From NCBI RefSeq assembly GCF_964204645.1, contig NC_134034.1:9312962-9376961 (forward strand): a DNA stretch of 64,000 nucleotides. The letters run 5' to 3'. Of this stretch, positions 51,765 through 63,417 are shown piece by piece. This stretch comes from Tubulanus polymorphus (lineage: Eukaryota; Animalia; Nemertea). The position numbers and the translations under genes were made by a program. The notes below the pieces were generated by a model, which was given only the letters and a program-made list of their open reading frames with translations, searched no databases and had not been told where the DNA came from. Within the stretch, counting starts at the first letter, position 1; each line of letters starts with the position of its first letter.

Positions 51765-52090
51765 CGATGTCGCATGGTGGTCAGGTGACCTGGGATATTG
51801 GTTTTAATTGGCTGGTTGCTCCACCAGGTTGTCACATGGCCAGGTGGCCCATCAGATCTATGATGTCACCAGACAGTGAGGAGACCTAGGATATGTACAG
51901 TGATTGGCTAGCCAGCAGATGGTCATCACCAGTCGACCTACCATTAGATCATGATTGGCGAGCTAACTCTGCGAGGTCATCACATGGTCAGGTGACCTCA
52001 AATTAGATCGATCATTGGCTAGCTAGCTTTATGATGTCACCACATGGTCAGGTGACCTCAGATTAGACCGATGATTGGCTAGCTACCGGT
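51765..52090. repeat. Degenerate ~60-bp tandem repeat downstream of the ADAM stop codon
   Basis: Units 51961-52020 and 52021-52080 align directly (CACATGGTCAGGTGACCTCA...ATTGGCT). Confidence 0.65.
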
Positions 52091-52408
52091 AGCTTATTGA
52101 TGTTATGGGATGGTCAAGGGAAGCTGTAATACGTCGTATGTGTTCTGTAGGTAACTGTCATAGACTGGATGTTGTAATGGTCTGGAAGGAGATGGAACGA
52201 AGGGTTTTGAGGGTCATTTATTTGGATACTACATATATCATGTGCCTATATAGTATATAAATATATATATTTAATGAAAATGCAATTATATTAGAAAGAA
52301 CAACTTTATATATAAGATATTGGATGATGTATCGTAGTAGAATTTATGCATTTTTTTATAACGGCTGGAATTTGTTTACTTTGAAAAAGTAGAGATTAGA
52401 ATCTTTCA

Positions 52409-53618
52409 TTTTTTTTAGCCCACTTGGGACTTTAGTCCCAGCGGCCTATTGCGTTCACTTTTCGTCCATTGTCTGTATGTTCGTCCGTTCGTCCATCCAT
52501 AGGCAGAATCCAGTTATCTTGGGAAGTTTTGAAGACGCTTCAAGGTAATGTCTTCATATTTGGTTTATACATGTATCTACCCTAGACACATCTTCAGCCA
52601 AAAACTGGCCCTGTCAGAATCAAGATGGCCGACTGGCAGCCATTGCTGTTCGTCAAAATCAGCACTTTTTACACGTTTTTGAACTTTTTGAGGGAAATTT
52701 TGAAGACACCTTGATCAATTACCTTGATTTTTCGTATATATTTGAACCTTTTAAGTGCCCAAAAATGTCAATGTTGGCCCGAATTCTTGGTCCTGTAGCT
52801 TCCTACTGGTTTGCCATTTCTCATTGCGATTGCTGATGGGTATTGTTTGGAAAGGGATGTTTTATACCTGAGAGGTATTTTTGATCAGCCAATTATGACG
52901 CAATTGGCGGCCATCTTGGTGTCATCAGTACTCATTCGTAGTTGGGAAAAAGTTTTTCCACATTATATTGATACCTAAGCATATACGACAATGAATTAGA
53001 AAGTTGTAGGTTATAACGTGTTCTATGATTGTAATGAGTTTCAAGTTCATTGGTTTTTGTATATGGCCACCAGGGGGCGTTGAATAATACAACATCTTAG
53101 TATTTCTATATTATATTTGTACCAATACATATTTTGTTACCACAATCAATTGCAAAGTTGTAGCTCATAACATCGTCTATGATTGTGGTGAGTTTTAAGG
53201 ATATTAGTTATTCTAGATGGCCACCGGGGGGCGTTAAATAGTAGAATTACCTAGTATTTCCTTATTATATTGGTACCTAGGCATATGTTGTTACCATGAT
53301 CAATTGCAAAATTGTAGTTCATGACATGTTCTATGATTGTGGTGAGTAACAAGGTTATTGGGTTTTTTAATATGGTCACCAGGGGGTGTTGAATAGTAGA
53401 ATAACTTAGTATTTCCTTATTAAATTGGTTACGAGGCATATTTTGCTATCACAATTAATTACAAAATCGTAACTGCTGACATGTTCTGTGATTGTGGTGA
53501 GTTTCAAGGTCATTGGTTTTTGTATATGGTCACCAGGGGGCGTTGAATATTGAAATTGTTAGATCGTTGAGCCTTTGAAACCACTTCCCAAGTGGGCATG
53601 GTGTCCCTGGACCCCTAG
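52409..53618 (+). mobile_element. Helentron-associated element (HINE) with an internal ~154-bp tandem array
   Basis: 5' T-run plus subTIR GCCCACTTGGGA; GTCY-type microsatellite (TCGTCCGTTCGTCCATCC); about 4 internal 154-bp repeats; 3' TCCCAAGTGGGC plus a short hairpin and CTAG. Confidence 0.75.
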
Positions 53619-55141
53619 ATCTATATATAGCTCTTACATATATATTTACACTTTTCATAGATTTACGAATGATTTTATTCGTTTTTTTGCGGTTTGATTT
53701 ACGAAAATTGTGTTTTAACCCTTTACCATTCGATTGCTATTAGTTCGACCAAAAAACCTATCAAGACGGTTCAAGGCGTTAAGTTGTTAAGTATAAGTAG
53801 GCTAGAACTCGAGAGTACCAGAATCAAATTCAATTATCAAAATTGTTTACTACATTTTCGAGGCAAAGTCCAATTTTTTTCTACTATAGTTCTTTTTGTA
53901 ATCATATCGAAAATGAGGTAGGGATAGAATCCAACGATCAAACAGCTCCGAAATTGGTTCCACAGATCTGAGTTTAGTAAGACATGCGTTTAAGTTAGTT
54001 CATACCCAAAACTTTAGACCTAAAGTCTTATTTTCTACTCAAAACTGTAGAACTGGCTCCGTAATGATACCAAAGCTCAAAGCAATCACTTTTTTACGAA
54101 ATACTTTTTTCAGGGGGCTTGAAAATGCCTAGGCTTTATCATATGGACAATTGCTTTAAAAGAATTGTGTATGGCTTGGATAGAATTATGAGCAAAATAA
54201 TCAGTATAAAAAGGGTCCATTTTCGTTCTGAAATGGGGCCAATATTTTCCTTCAAACCTTGGTGTTTGACTTATAAAGGTTTGTTTTTTATCAATAATGG
54301 TGGCAATCTTCAGCACCATCACCATTTCAGCCCCCTCCAGGGAAAATTATGAGATTTTATTTGACACATATCTTTCCGCGTTATATACGGTAGATGTAGC
54401 ATTTTACTTCGTAGAGATTTTTTACCAGTTTTTCTAGTTGAATTTTTCATATCAATCGATGGTTTTCTTTTGAAGCCGAAGATAAAAACTGAGATCAAAT
54501 GTTTTTATTTTCAAAGTCGGTCTCCATGTTGTACTTAGGCCTTCTCGAACTGTCTACAGGTATCGATCTGCCGCCTGGAACCAATCCCCGAAATCTGAAT
54601 TAGTTTTTATGATTAACTATGTTGAACGTTATAGCATGGTTCTGTTCATGGTTCTTGGTGGCACAAATTGTAACCAATGCATATACACAGCTGATATTTT
54701 GTCACTAGGAGGGAGATAGGTGTTGTTCTGGAAAGTTCGTCCATCAGCTCTAAGCCACTTGGATGTGCTGGGAGAAAATGTGCAAAATTTCAATGAATTT
54801 TTCCCCACTCAGCTAAACGATTGATTCTTGATGATGACATCACAGGGAAAGCCCTTCAGAAAGGCATCACTTGTGAGGCCTTTAGATGGTTCTAGTAGGC
54901 AGATAGATTGATACCAGTAGACCAATATTTATATATACTCAAGTAGTAAAAGATCTGAAACCTCAGTCGTGGGTAATATTTGTAGCTTAAATTGAGTTAA
55001 ACTTCACTCAAACTGGGTGCAAACAAATATGTACAAAATGTGTTTTTGAAAATTTAATTTTGGCCATGATTTTTTGGTTCATTCAAGAGGAAACTACAGG
55101 GTAAATGCTTTCAAATTGTTTTCGTCACCAACATGTTTTTA

Positions 55142-55335
55142 CAGTAAACCTCGCCTAACTCCGGGGGTTGAGGGGTGGGAGGCAAGCTGGTACGGGCAAA
55201 ATTGGTGCGAGGTGTACGAGCGAAGTCTGAGTTAAGAATCGGAAAATATGTCACGAAGTCGATGGAATGATTACATAACGTTTATGTTGGAGTTAGTCAA
55301 AAGCCGGCAATGCCCGAGTAGGTTGAGGTTTACTG
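55142..55335. mobile_element. Tc1/mariner-type MITE
   Basis: TIRs CAGTAAACCTC...GAGGTTTACTG flanked by TA on both sides. Confidence 0.8.
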
Positions 55336-55345
55336 TAATATAATT

Positions 55346-55606
55346 CAGGGTTCCTATAACTCATTGATTCCTTGAAAACTCCTTGGATTTTGAGAAATTG
55401 GCAATTAGAAAATGTTTAGGTTTTAAGCCTAGTTATTATACACACAGATTCCACTGAATGAAATGGTTTACTGAGATAAACTGTACTGATTTAGGAGGAG
55501 TCTACAGTAATTGGGATATGAAAGTGATGCCGACACTCCTCGAAATTTGAAATGTTCTCCTTGAAAACTCCTTGAATTCTGGAATAACTGATCTGTAGGG
55601 ACCCTG
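55346..55606. mobile_element. CAGGG MITE with 5-bp TSD TAATT
   Basis: CAGGGTTCCTA...TAGGGACCCTG; TAATT at 55341-55345 and 55607-55611. Confidence 0.8.
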
Positions 55607-56000
55607 TAATTTTTGAAGAAACAAATTCAATTATATTGCTGTTATTTGTTTTTCTGGTAAAAGGTGTCGCTGACACTGCTTTGAAGTTCCAGAATGAAAT
55701 TTATTTAACGAGTTTACTAGGTCCTGTGTAGGATCGTTGCGTACATTGAAGATGTATTTTTATTGCATGGTGTCTGTAATAGTGTATTTATTATCATCGG
55801 TAGAAAATTATTATAGAGACATTTTACTGAATTCGGTAAGTAAAAAAGGATATACTTGAATTCTCGGTTGTTTGCTTATTTGGATGACAAACTTTAATTG
55901 GTTTGTTTAGTTAACCTCGTGACTATGAAGTGTGTTGCGCGCACAGCCACCCGCTTGAATATTTATCAGCTTCGCGCCTCATTCCAAGGCCAGACTCTTT

Positions 56001-56575
56001 TAAGGCTGGCTTATGTCGACAAGCAACGCGACGCCTACCGACTCCTACCGACGCAACTGAGAGCAACCGCGAGCGCAGCCCAGCTTTTGTCGACTGCGCT
56101 CCGATTCGCAGCAACTGAGGCCGACTATCGGAATACGAGATCCTCCCAGTTGCTTCCCTGCTTATGTCGGTTACGATTACTGGCAACTGCAACGGCTCAG
56201 ATGGTCACATGATAAGCATTTTGAGAATAAATTATAATTATAATTCTACCAATTTCGCTTCTAGATCTTCGATCCAGTCATCTGCCATCTGCCGTGCTGA
56301 AGGTTTGGTTTACGTTTCGAAATAGGAGTACTTGAATTTGAAAGTTTATGACTAACTACGAATGACGCTAACTAGCGGTCATAATTTGTACGGTGTATCT
56401 GCGGTCTCGGCTGGAACCCTTGCGCTCAGTTCCGTCGCGTTGCAGATGAGCTTATGTTGGTTGCGATCGAAAGCAACTGTCCGCCTACCGTAGGACGGAG
56501 TAGAACATGGGCAACTAGCCGGATACGGCTTGCGACGAGTCGGTAGGCGTCGGGTTGCCGTCGCAAGCCGGCTTA
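56001..56575. mobile_element. Degenerate GC-rich inverted-repeat element
   Basis: GCAACGCGACGCCTACCGACTC near 56023 is mirrored by GAGTCGGTAGGCGTCGGGTTGC near 56537; ends TAAGGCTGGCTT / AAGCCGGCTTA. Confidence 0.5.
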
Positions 56576-57007
56576 TGTCGAACCGATAGAGCAGCAACTG
56601 GCGGCCTCTCGCAGAAGAAAAGACTAGACATTTCTCGAATAAAGCAGCCAAATCAAGGCATTTCTCAGATTAATCAACCAAGTCAAAGGCCTCAATTGGG
56701 GTTCCGCGTGGTTCTGCCCTTGGTTTTACGTAGATATTTTTGAATAGTTGCCATAGACCCGTGAACATAAGACCCGACATTTAAGTGGCAACTTAATTGT
56801 TTCAAATAAGATATTTATATCACACACATTTTATGTATTTATAACAGACAAAGATACCGATATCACGGCGTTCGATTTTTATTGCTCCTTTGAAGGCTTG
56901 AGGAAGGCAAGGGTATAACCGGTATAGATGTGCATCTTGCTACCCGCCCTTGGACCTAAACTAGTCTTAACTGTGTATCGGTTAACGGTCAGGTGAGCAT
57001 TGGTCTT

Positions 57008-57543
57008 TTATTTATCCTTGTTTACTGTTGTACAGCACCTGCATAAGATTCGACGAGCTTCTTGCTGATAGAAATCTAAGCAGACGACATAAACGATGAA
57101 ATTCAAACAAAAATTCAAATCTTGAATATTCATCGAAACCAAAGAGTAGTAGAGAACATCGTAATTCGGTTCGCTTCCGTATAGATCGTGTATGAGAATT
57201 CGAATCCAGAACATGCTCCACAAAACACACGCGGGTGTCACCGTAACCAAAAACAAAACCGATACCGAAATCGAATTGATGAGAAATCGATAAGATTTAT
57301 AGCTTCTTGCTTGATCGTGATAGATTTGACGACCACGTTGGTGATGCCGTATTTCGTAGTCTTTTCATCCGCGGGAAAATGATTAACGATAAAACGTTGC
57401 CTCCGATACCCATGAGAACTAAAATCGGGTACAGACAAGCTCGGTAGAAATCGATGACGAGTTTTACGTTATCGCGTGGTGGTGGTGGCTGCTCGATCGG
57501 TCTATCGTCCGTGGTCGTGTTGAGAACAGCGGTGGTAAAATTT
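57008..57543 (-). pseudogene. Peptide-receptor-like GPCR pseudogene lacking TM2-TM5
   Basis: Minus strand: N-terminus and TM1 (NFTTAVLNTT...YPILVLMGIGGNVLSLIIFPRMKRLRNT) join out of frame near 57346 to ICL3-TM6-TM7 (FLINSISVSVLFLVTVTP...LNFCLNFIVYVVC...RRILCRCC). No start ATG. Confidence 0.75.
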
Positions 57544-57566
57544 TAATATATCTTCACTATGAATAT

Positions 57567-58119
57567 TGTCGTTTTCTACGCGTAAATAGTCCGATAGTTT
57601 ATTGTGGTTTTTTTCTCGGGTAGATGTTGATGTAGAAGTCCTCTAAGTTGATTGTCCTGCGTTTTGACTAGATAGAAAGGAAGCACATTTCGAAACGCAA
57701 ATTTTCCAGATGAGAGTATGGTCCTTGGGTATCCGAAGTGTAGTTTATGACATCGACGGTGCAGCTCCGATGAGGATGGGTTTCTCCGTCAAGGGGAGCG
57801 CAATCGGTACTTCACATCTGGTGCTGAGTTTGCCTAAAAGGAAAAGTTTTTACACGGGAGCAGTTTTGTGTTTCTAATATACAGTGTATAGGTAGGTCTG
57901 TGGATGCGTCGCAATCAAACGGACAGTGCTATGCGCATTGATGGACCGTCAGAAAGAAAGCGGCAAAGGCACGTGAATATTGAATACATATTTGTACACT
58001 TACGAATATACAGTCTTCATCGGGTTTTATTTACATTGTCACGATTAGGTTTTTGGTAGTTTTTAATGAGACTGATGTCAAGAGGCAACTTTCCAGCCAC
58101 CACCACGCGCAAATAGACT
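57567..58119. repeat. ~550-bp local duplication, copy 1 (copy 2 at ~59803-60349)
   Basis: Colinear, roughly 90% similar by eye (GTCGTTTTCTACG...CAAGAGGCAACTTTCCAG). Confidence 0.88.
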
Positions 58120-58374
58120 GAGCTTGCTATCCTGAAGCCAAAAAGGAGGCAGCTTTCCAGCTATCGCGGCAATGAGACTGAGTTTACAGTCAAAACATCA
58201 GAAACAGTAAACTTACTGTAATGCGTATGTGGTGAAATAAAGCAAAAGTGGTCAGACAGTTCCATGGGTATTGATAGACCGTCGTTCCGGTTCGATCCAT
58301 ATCAGAACATACCTCAAGTGTCAAAATCGGGGTATGTAGGTGTAATTAATAAAAGAAAATGGCTTTGGGTTTAA

Positions 58375-59305
58375 TTAATAGACTACGCTAATGGTATCGA
58401 TTGTGATTCTGTTTACTGCATTCAGTCCGCTTGCGTCCAGATGTATAAGTATATTGTTAAGACTCCAAATATGAAGGTTTTGTTGAAGCATGATTTCTTG
58501 GTTTAGGCGATCTATTAGTGAGTTTTTGAAATAAATTATAGTGTTGATGCGGCCAGAGCCTTGTTCTAGATTGTAATGATTTTTGTACAAAATGGATTGT
58601 GCAAGAAACAAAAGATAGTTCGCGAGTGTGCGTTTGAAGAAATCTCTTTCTATTGTTTTAGTAATTCCTGTGTAGACGATGTCTTGAGTGATGTTTATAG
58701 GTGCGTTTAGTATGCGTTGAAAGATTGGTTGTATACGTGAATATAATTGCTGTGCTTCTGTGCATGAATATACTACATGGTCATTCGTTGCCGCGCGTCC
58801 ACAAATTTTACAATTTGGATCAGTTTTAATTTTCCAAAGTACTAATTTTGAAGCTGTTGCCAGAGTATTATGTAGTAATTTCCAATGAATATCACTAAAT
58901 CGTCTATCGATATGTTTATTATAAACTTCATTCCAAATTTCCGGCCAATTCAGATCAGTATTTAAAAGTTCAGTAATTTTGGTTTGCCCAATCGGTGTGA
59001 TTTGATGGAGATTTTTTAATAATAGTATTCTATAAATTTGGGATGATGAAAGTTTTCCTATAGTACAGTCTATATTATCAAATTGCACAGAGATTTTTGG
59101 TAATTCACCAGGATCTAAATTTTGGTCAGATAGAATTAGTTTCCAATGTTGCGGAATCGCATTGTATATACATGTGTGTTTTAATCTATTTGTTAATGGT
59201 GTTCCGTCGTTAAATGCTTTGTAGTTGCCACGATTATCGAATAGATGTCGTAGATTGGTTATACCGTGATGTATGTATTCATCGTGTTGAATAGTTTTCT
59301 TTTCA
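58375..59305 (-). mobile_element. 5'-truncated L1/Tx1-clade LINE, ORF2 C-terminal region (zf-RVT)
   Basis: AIPQHWK, then WPEIW...DIHWKLLHNTLAT...CKICG...DHVVYSC: the zinc-binding region C-terminal to RT in L1/Tx1 elements. Confidence 0.82.
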
Positions 59306-59802
59306 GTTCTTCGCAGAATCTCTAATTACCTTCATCGTTAGAATTTTTTTTCGTTTGATGAAAGGGACGGGACGGCTGCACGTAAATTCAACATCATGTC
59401 AGGATTTAAATTTGAAAATCGAATCCGATATTTTTTCGATCTTAAAATAGGGATTGTCCCCATTATTTATTTATTTGGCTGGTAAATTTTGTTTGATTTT
59501 TCGATTGAGTGTCCCTTACAGACCCGCCACACCTGCCGGGAGCGAAACAGTGGGTTTGATTTTGAAATCGGAAATCGAAGTACAGATATAGATGTGTGAT
59601 CGGCGGTCGAGTAAACAGAATATTTTAAAATCGAAGTACATAATTGGAAATTCGGTTCCGGTTCATCCAAACAATCTTCCATTCAGTCTGAACCGGCAAG
59701 CGACTGATTGGGATGAATTTTTCTGGCCGCCTAATTTAATACAATGAGATTCTGGAAATAGCTATATTACAAGATCATTTTGTCCATTTTTATATTTTTT
59801 TG

Positions 59803-60349
59803 GTCGTTTTCTACGTGTAAATTGTCCGATAGTTTATAGTGGTTTTTTTCTCGGGTAGATGTTGATGTAGAAGTCCTCTAAGTTGATGATCCCGCGTGTT
59901 GACTAGATAGGAAGAAAGCACATTTCGAAACGCAAATTTTCCAGATGAGAGTATGGCCCTGGGGTATCCGAAGTGTAGTTGTATGACATCGACGGTGCAG
60001 CTCCGATTAGGATGGGTTTCTCCGTCAAGGGGTGCGCAGTTGGTACTTCACATCTGGTGCTGAATTTGCCTAAAAGTATAAGTTTTACACTGGGAGCAGT
60101 TATGTGTTTCTAATATACAGTGAGTTAGGTCCGTGAATGTATCGCAATCAAACGGACAGTGCTATGCGTATTGATAGACCGTCAGTAAGAAAGCGGCACA
60201 GACACGTGAATATTGAATACATGTTTGTACACTTACATATATGCAGTCTTGATCGGGTTTTATTTACATTGTCACGATTAGATTTTTGGTAGCTTTTAAT
60301 GAGACTGATGTCAAGAGGCAACTTTCCAGTCACCATTGCGCGTAGATAG
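59803..60349. repeat. ~550-bp local duplication, copy 2
   Basis: Matches 57567-58119. Confidence 0.88.
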
Positions 60350-61653
60350 AATCCGATATTTTTAGCCGCCCGACTCTTTTGCACCATCGGCACGCTCGAT
60401 ATAGCGCATCGGTCGATTCATATAAGATTTTATAGAAACTTTATTTCAAAAACCGGACAAACAGGGACGGAGCTTTAGCGTCCCCTCCCCATTTTTGCCA
60501 AGATAACATTTTCGCAACCTGGCTTAAGCAGGTACATGGTTCCCACAGAACAGGAAAATTGGGAAAACTTGGGAATTTTGAAATGATAATTCCTGAAAAC
60601 TGATCGTTTCGAACCGCCGGGATGTAACCAAACCCTGGCAAGCGAGGATAGTTTCCGTCGTCACGCAGTGGGTTGACCTTAGCTGAACCTCAAATCACCC
60701 GATCATAGCTACAGCGATATGAGATGAACGCCATTTTAATATTCATCGCATTAAGGGTTAATGGAATTGTTATGACGCAGATATCGAGACTTGTTTTGAA
60801 AAAAAAGAGAAAATACAATGGCTTTCTAATATTTGTTGGCAGCAGATTTTCGTTGTATATATGAAATAAATTGTAAACGTGGCAAAAAGCAGAGGATAAT
60901 CTTTTAACGATTTGAACAGTCGTGTTTGTGTGGATGATTAATCAGGCGCGGATACAGGATGTCGCACCTGCGGAATGAGCGATTAGTCTGACGAAAAGGC
61001 ACTTTTGTCAATTGAATTGTTCATAAACGGCAACATACTGGTCGATATGATGGTGATGGACTCACTCAAGTGTCTGGAAATTGCATTACTGACACGACAC
61101 TGAATATCTCGAAAATTTTTGTGAGATTATGCTCTTTTGCTTCTGACTGATAGCACTCGCCACGCATCGATTAGAAATACCCTCTACTATGCATATGTTA
61201 GTGCGCCCGGGGTTAGTGCTACAGTAATTACCCTGGATCCGCCCTGATTAACATTGTATTGTATTACGTGTGTTTACTTGTATATCCCATTGTACCATTG
61301 TACAATTATAGGGCCATCAAATATCCGACAACCTTCAAAAACTTCGCCCCAGCCAAAATTCTTGGAATTGGGTTCGTTTCAGAATAACACGATCTAATTT
61401 TGCCCGAGTTCGATACGACAGAGGTACGCCTTAAATATTGATTGAAAAAGAAATTTGTACCAAGCGAAGAATTTCAATCGATTACACTATGTATATATAT
61501 ATGTACACTCGAAAATATAATTACATTGATTGATGTTATTCTTTTAGTCAGGTAAAAATTAATTCAGGTATATATTAATAGTGACTGTCGGAGCGATGGA
61601 TTAAAGTTGTCTCGTCTATAGATTAGTATGAATGATGACTAGAAACAACTACG

Positions 61654-61661
61654 TATATAAA
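61654..61661 (+). promoter_or_regulatory. TATA box of the toxin-like gene
   Basis: TATATAAA 74 nt upstream of an ATG in the context CAAAATG. Confidence 0.6.
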
Positions 61662-61727
61662 CAACAGCATTCAGGTGTGTCTGCTTTAAGTTTCAAGTTT
61701 GCCGAAAAGCTTTAAACAGAATTCAAA

Positions 61728-63363
61728 ATGAAGGTAGGTTCAACAGAAGCAGTTTATTGTAGATTGAGACTAGTTGAAATTCGATCTATGGAAGTCAAAC
61801 TTCTCAAAGCTCTCAAAATATGGAACTTGTCAGGGGCGGATCTAGACGGGAGCACGCGGAGCACGTGCTCCTGTCGCAAATTCTGAGTGCCCTTTTTGAA
61901 AAATCCCATCTCTTAAAGAATTGTTGCAGAATATCATTTTTGTGTCTCAGGTGCCTGGAAATTGCATTAGAATGCGTTGAAATTCCCAGACCCCCGCGAA
62001 CAGACCCCTGCTTGTTTCCTGTAATTGGCGCAATGCTGGACTCGCGAATGGTTGCCGTATATACATTATATTCTTTTTATTACAGATTTTTATTTTGATA
62101 GTCGCTGTAGTCATTGCCACCGTGGCAGCAAAGGGCGACATCGAAGGTAAGCGAGGTTTTCCGAAATATCGCATCCCTTCGTGCAGTCGTCAATGTGCTG
62201 CCTATACTGTAACCCCCCTCCCCCAACTCAGGGCCGTATGCAGCCCTTTTTATGGGAAGGTGCGAATTTGTAGCAAAGTGGAACTAAATTCACAGCATCC
62301 CGTGAACGCCGCGAAACCATTGAGGGGGTGTGGGGGTCCTCCCCCAGAAAATCTGTTTTTCTTAGGTACTCTGAGGGCTTACTGGCTATCCTTCTTTTCC
62401 GACATTTTCCATCATGAATACGGCAGAATCTAAATAATGTTATATAATCAAAAGATTTGATTTAATGATCACATCACCTCATAGCAATGTAATCATTGAT
62501 GCTTCGAACCCACAGAAAACTTATCTATGCAATTAAAAAACCTAAGATCGACTCATGTAGAAAATTCGCGACTAATGTAACGCTTATTTTTTCAAATCAT
62601 TTGCCATTTGAGGAATAACATCCCATGGTGAAACATTGCAAAGAATCATTCTATGCAATAAGTTCCGTGCTATCATGATCTATTGACTGATAGATCCTGG
62701 GATAACATGCCTGCTTTTTAAAATTGTTTATTGACAAAACCACAGGATACCAACCACATAAAGTGTAAGACAAATAAACATCACATAACGCATGGAAAAT
62801 ATGAAGTAAAATCTTTCGAGGACAGGACATTAAGCGGAACTCGAACTTTTGTGGATAGGTGCGTTCGCACCCACCCCCCCCCCCCCCTAAATACGGCCCT
62901 GCAACTCTCAGACGGTCATAGCCCTTTTAGAATGGCGAAGTCGCGGAGCAACAAATGATGAATGCCTGTCGCTGCCGGCTACGAATCTGATCTCTTCCTG
63001 TTTAGAGTTTGCACTCCTGCACACGGAAATGACACAGTTTCTTGTTTGGCTGACAGCGTGACAAACTCAGCTTCATTCTCAATGCTTATTGGCCAATTTC
63101 TAGCTTTCTGACTACGTGTATACAGCTACAGAGCCAACCTACGTCGTGCGGTATAAATCCAACCGCCTAATTTCTCACGTATTATTATTATTCCAGAATT
63201 AGTTCAAGAGAGATATAGAAGAGGAGTCCGGTGTCGATGCGAAACCGATAAAGCGCCACCTGATCACAGTGGTACGTTATTCTACAAGGTTGGCTGCGAC
63301 AGTGGATGGCACAAGTGTATTCATCGGCCAAAACGAATTACCACATGTTGTAAAAGAAATTAA
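61728..63363 (+). CDS. Precursor of a peptide resembling sea-anemone sodium-channel toxins (beta-defensin fold), 77 aa; exons 61728-61733, 62086-62146, 63197-63363
   Basis: Junctions ATGAAG|GTAGGT...TTACAG|ATT...GAAG|GTAAGC...TTCCAG|AA give MKIFILIVAVVIATVAA-KGDIEELVQERYRR-GVRCRCETDKAPPDHSGTLFYKVGCDSGWHKCIHRPKRITTCCKRN*. The Cys pattern is CxC-x18-C-x6-C-x9-CC. Confidence 0.88.
62229..62901. mobile_element. CAGGG MITE with 5-bp TSD CAACT, in intron 2 of the toxin-like gene
   Basis: TIRs CAGGGCCGTAT...ATACGGCCCTG; CAACT at 62224-62228 and 62902-62906. Confidence 0.8.
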
Positions 63364-63417
63364 TCTTCACGTGGACCAGTGACGGACCTTTCTCATTTTG
63401 ATTAGCTTAGATTGAAA

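Noticed and set aside
57567-60349. LTR retrotransposon (direct repeats flanking an RT-related ORF)
   Set aside because: No TG..CA ends, PBS/PPT or TSD, and the internal ORF is a non-LTR (L1/Tx1) C-terminus.
62095-62433. 112-aa ORF as the toxin precursor
   Set aside because: Only the first ~17 codons are exonic. The rest is intron and MITE after the donor at 62147.
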